Source of the DNA: Fidelibacterota bacterium
GTDB lineage: Bacteria > Fidelibacterota > Fidelibacteria > Fidelibacterales > DSDE01
DNA: 39,245 nt
Reading direction: 5' to 3'
NCBI GenBank assembly: GCA_046735395.1
Contig: JBJKQR010000011.1
Span: forward strand, 1 to 39,245
The notes beneath the pieces were generated by a model. It saw nothing but the letters and a program-made list of their open reading frames with translations. It was not told the DNA's origin and did not search any database. Of the stretch, positions 37,702 to 39,245 are shown in pieces. Made by a program: the position numbers and the translations under genes. How positions within the stretch are numbered: position 1 is the first letter of the stretch; each line of letters begins with the position of its first letter.

Positions 37702-38133
37702 TTATTTCAGTTTCGGAAACATCCGTTCATGAAGCAGCATATCCTTCAGCATCCGATTCCGGAAAAACCGAATCAGATCCTCATCAATTTTCATCAGATT
37801 CCGCCGGATGGGACAGACCCGTACCAGCGGACAGATGTCCTCCTGAACCAGGCAGGCATTGACGCTGGAATCGTATTCCATAGCGGACAGAATATCGAAC
37901 ATGGAGGTGCTTGCCAGATCCCTGTCGAAGTAAATTCCACCATGGCGTCCTCTCCGGCTCTTCAGCACCTTGCCCCGGATCAGCTGATACACAATGCGTG
38001 TCGTCAGCGCCGGACTGAGCTCCAGGCGCTCCGCCAGCTGATGTATCGTCTTTCCCTCTCCCGGATCCAGAGCCGCCAGGTAGGCCGAAATCCGCAGCGC
38101 GTAATCATATTCCCTTTTAATCAGCGAAACCAA
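37702..38133 (-). CDS. Rrf2 family transcriptional regulator with three Cys (Fe-S-binding type)
   Basis: DYALR, SRRGRHGG wing, C-x6-C-x5-C (ACLVQEDICPLVRVC); TTG start after AAGGAGG. Confidence 0.9.
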   Translation of the reverse strand: MVSLIKREYDYALRISAYLAALDPGEGKTIHQLAERLELSPALTTRIVYQLIRGKVLKSRRGRHGGIYFDRDLASTSMFDILSAMEYDSSVNACLVQEDICPLVRVCPIRRNLMKIDEDLIRFFRNRMLKDMLLHERMFPKLK

Positions 38134-38292
38134 GGTCCGCCCTCCTTCTGCTCAAGTCTATAAAATTTTTCCGCTGATTCCTAATACTAAAGTTAACAGC
38201 TAAAGATTGGAGTCTCTCGTTCATAAATAGTATTTCTGTGTGTGTTTTATATGCAGACAAGCGGAGCACTCCTTGAAGTCCGGTTTCGGGAT

Positions 38293-39245
38293 TCACAGGC
38301 AGGCGCGGTAAATCGCCTCCGCTTCGGACCGGTCCATTTCGTGAGGCCCGGAGATTTTTCCGTGGCGATTGGCATTAATCTCAAACAGCTGATCCAGCAG
38401 CGCAGGAATATCGTTTTCGCTGATCCCCACATCCGCGAGCCTCAGATTGCGTTGAATGAGGCCCATCCACTCAGCGAACGCATCCAGCGCAGCGGATGAG
38501 ACAGTGAAGACGGTTTTCCCCAGCAGTTCCAGCTTGTCCGCCTTTTCCCCGCTGAAATGCCGGAGATATGGCAGAAGCAATACGGCGAGCCCGCGGCCAT
38601 GTGAAATATTAAAGAGCCCGGACATGGGGTGTTCCATGGCATGCATGGTATAGGGCCCTTCCCGGCCGGCGTCATTGAGTCCGTTCAGAGCCAGCGTACT
38701 GGCCCAGGCGAAGGTGCTGCGCAGATCCACGTTCGTCGGATCCTCCAGAATGCGGGGAGTGGTATCAATGATGGTACGGATCAGGGCCAGGGAAATATTG
38801 TCATTAAGGGGCGCCTCATCCCGGCTGGAGATAAACGCCTCAATACTGTGGGCTATGATATCTACGGCCGCGTCCCGCAGGTAGTCATCAGGCACCGTCA
38901 GGGTCAGTTCAGGATCAATCACGGCAAGTCTGGGCACAGCGCCCTTGCAGATGAAGGAGACTTTTTCCAGGCTTCCGTCCCGGGTAACCACACCGTAACC
39001 ATTGCTTTCAGATCCGGTGGCAGACAGGGTCGGGATGGTAATGACAGGCAGGGCGGTTTTCACGGTTTTATTGATGAAAACATAATCCCAGATGCTCCCG
39101 CCGTTTTCCGCCACAACAGCAATCCCCTTCGCGGCATCCATGACCGAACCGCCTCCCAGGGCCACCACAGCCTTCACCTTCAGATCCCGGGCAATGCGGC
39201 CGCCCTCATCAATGGCTGACACCAGCGGATTAGGCTTAATTTTAT
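38293..39245 (-). CDS. Iron-containing alcohol dehydrogenase, 5' end beyond the window
   Basis: The frame is open to the window edge (KIKPNPLVS...). Motifs ALGGGSVMDAAK, IPTLSATGSE, DIIAHSIE, HAMEH, HGRGLA. Confidence 0.92.
   Translation of the reverse strand, partial: KIKPNPLVSAIDEGGRIARDLKVKAVVALGGGSVMDAAKGIAVVAENGGSIWDYVFINKTVKTALPVITIPTLSATGSESNGYGVVTRDGSLEKVSFICKGAVPRLAVIDPELTLTVPDDYLRDAAVDIIAHSIEAFISSRDEAPLNDNISLALIRTIIDTTPRILEDPTNVDLRSTFAWASTLALNGLNDAGREGPYTMHAMEHPMSGLFNISHGRGLAVLLLPYLRHFSGEKADKLELLGKTVFTVSSAALDAFAEWMGLIQRNLRLADVGISENDIPALLDQLFEINANRHGKISGPHEMDRSEAEAIYRACL

Overview
Bacterial genomic window, most likely from an FCB-group organism. This is an inference from a secreted protein with a YPNPFN-type C-terminal sorting domain, a group II-like GGGP synthase, the efp-accB-accC-gcvH-gcvPA order and a fused FTCD; a Marinimicrobia-like lineage is plausible but unproven. 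Bases 1-~4600 form an AT-richer accessory island: a 5'-truncated vsr, a Dcm/M.EcoRII-like C5 methyltransferase, an EcoRII-like endonuclease, an attC-like hairpin, a small hypothetical gene, and a 'mobile mystery protein' A/B (XRE + Fic) pair preceded by three palindromic operators exactly 33 bp apart. The rest is GC-richer core genome: ThrE/YjjB exporter pair, creatininase-family enzyme, Tat-lipoprotein D-aminoacylase, MFS transporter, a long minus-strand run (efp, accB, accC, gcvH, gcvPA, GGGPS, xerD, site-2 protease, ftcD), an EnvC/D-Ala-D-Ala dipeptidase/DUF819 cluster, a cNMP-binding protein + AI-2E transporter pair, two large secreted proteins, Rrf2-cydABDC and a truncated iron-containing alcohol dehydrogenase. 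Three large intergenic regions (5377-5780, 9737-10970, 12360-13020) are mosaics of shared, co-oriented 6-9-nt tandem units, a recurring 35-bp motif, several REP-like palindromes and recent 225-249-bp duplications. No rRNA, tRNA, CRISPR array, transposase or integron integrase was recognised.
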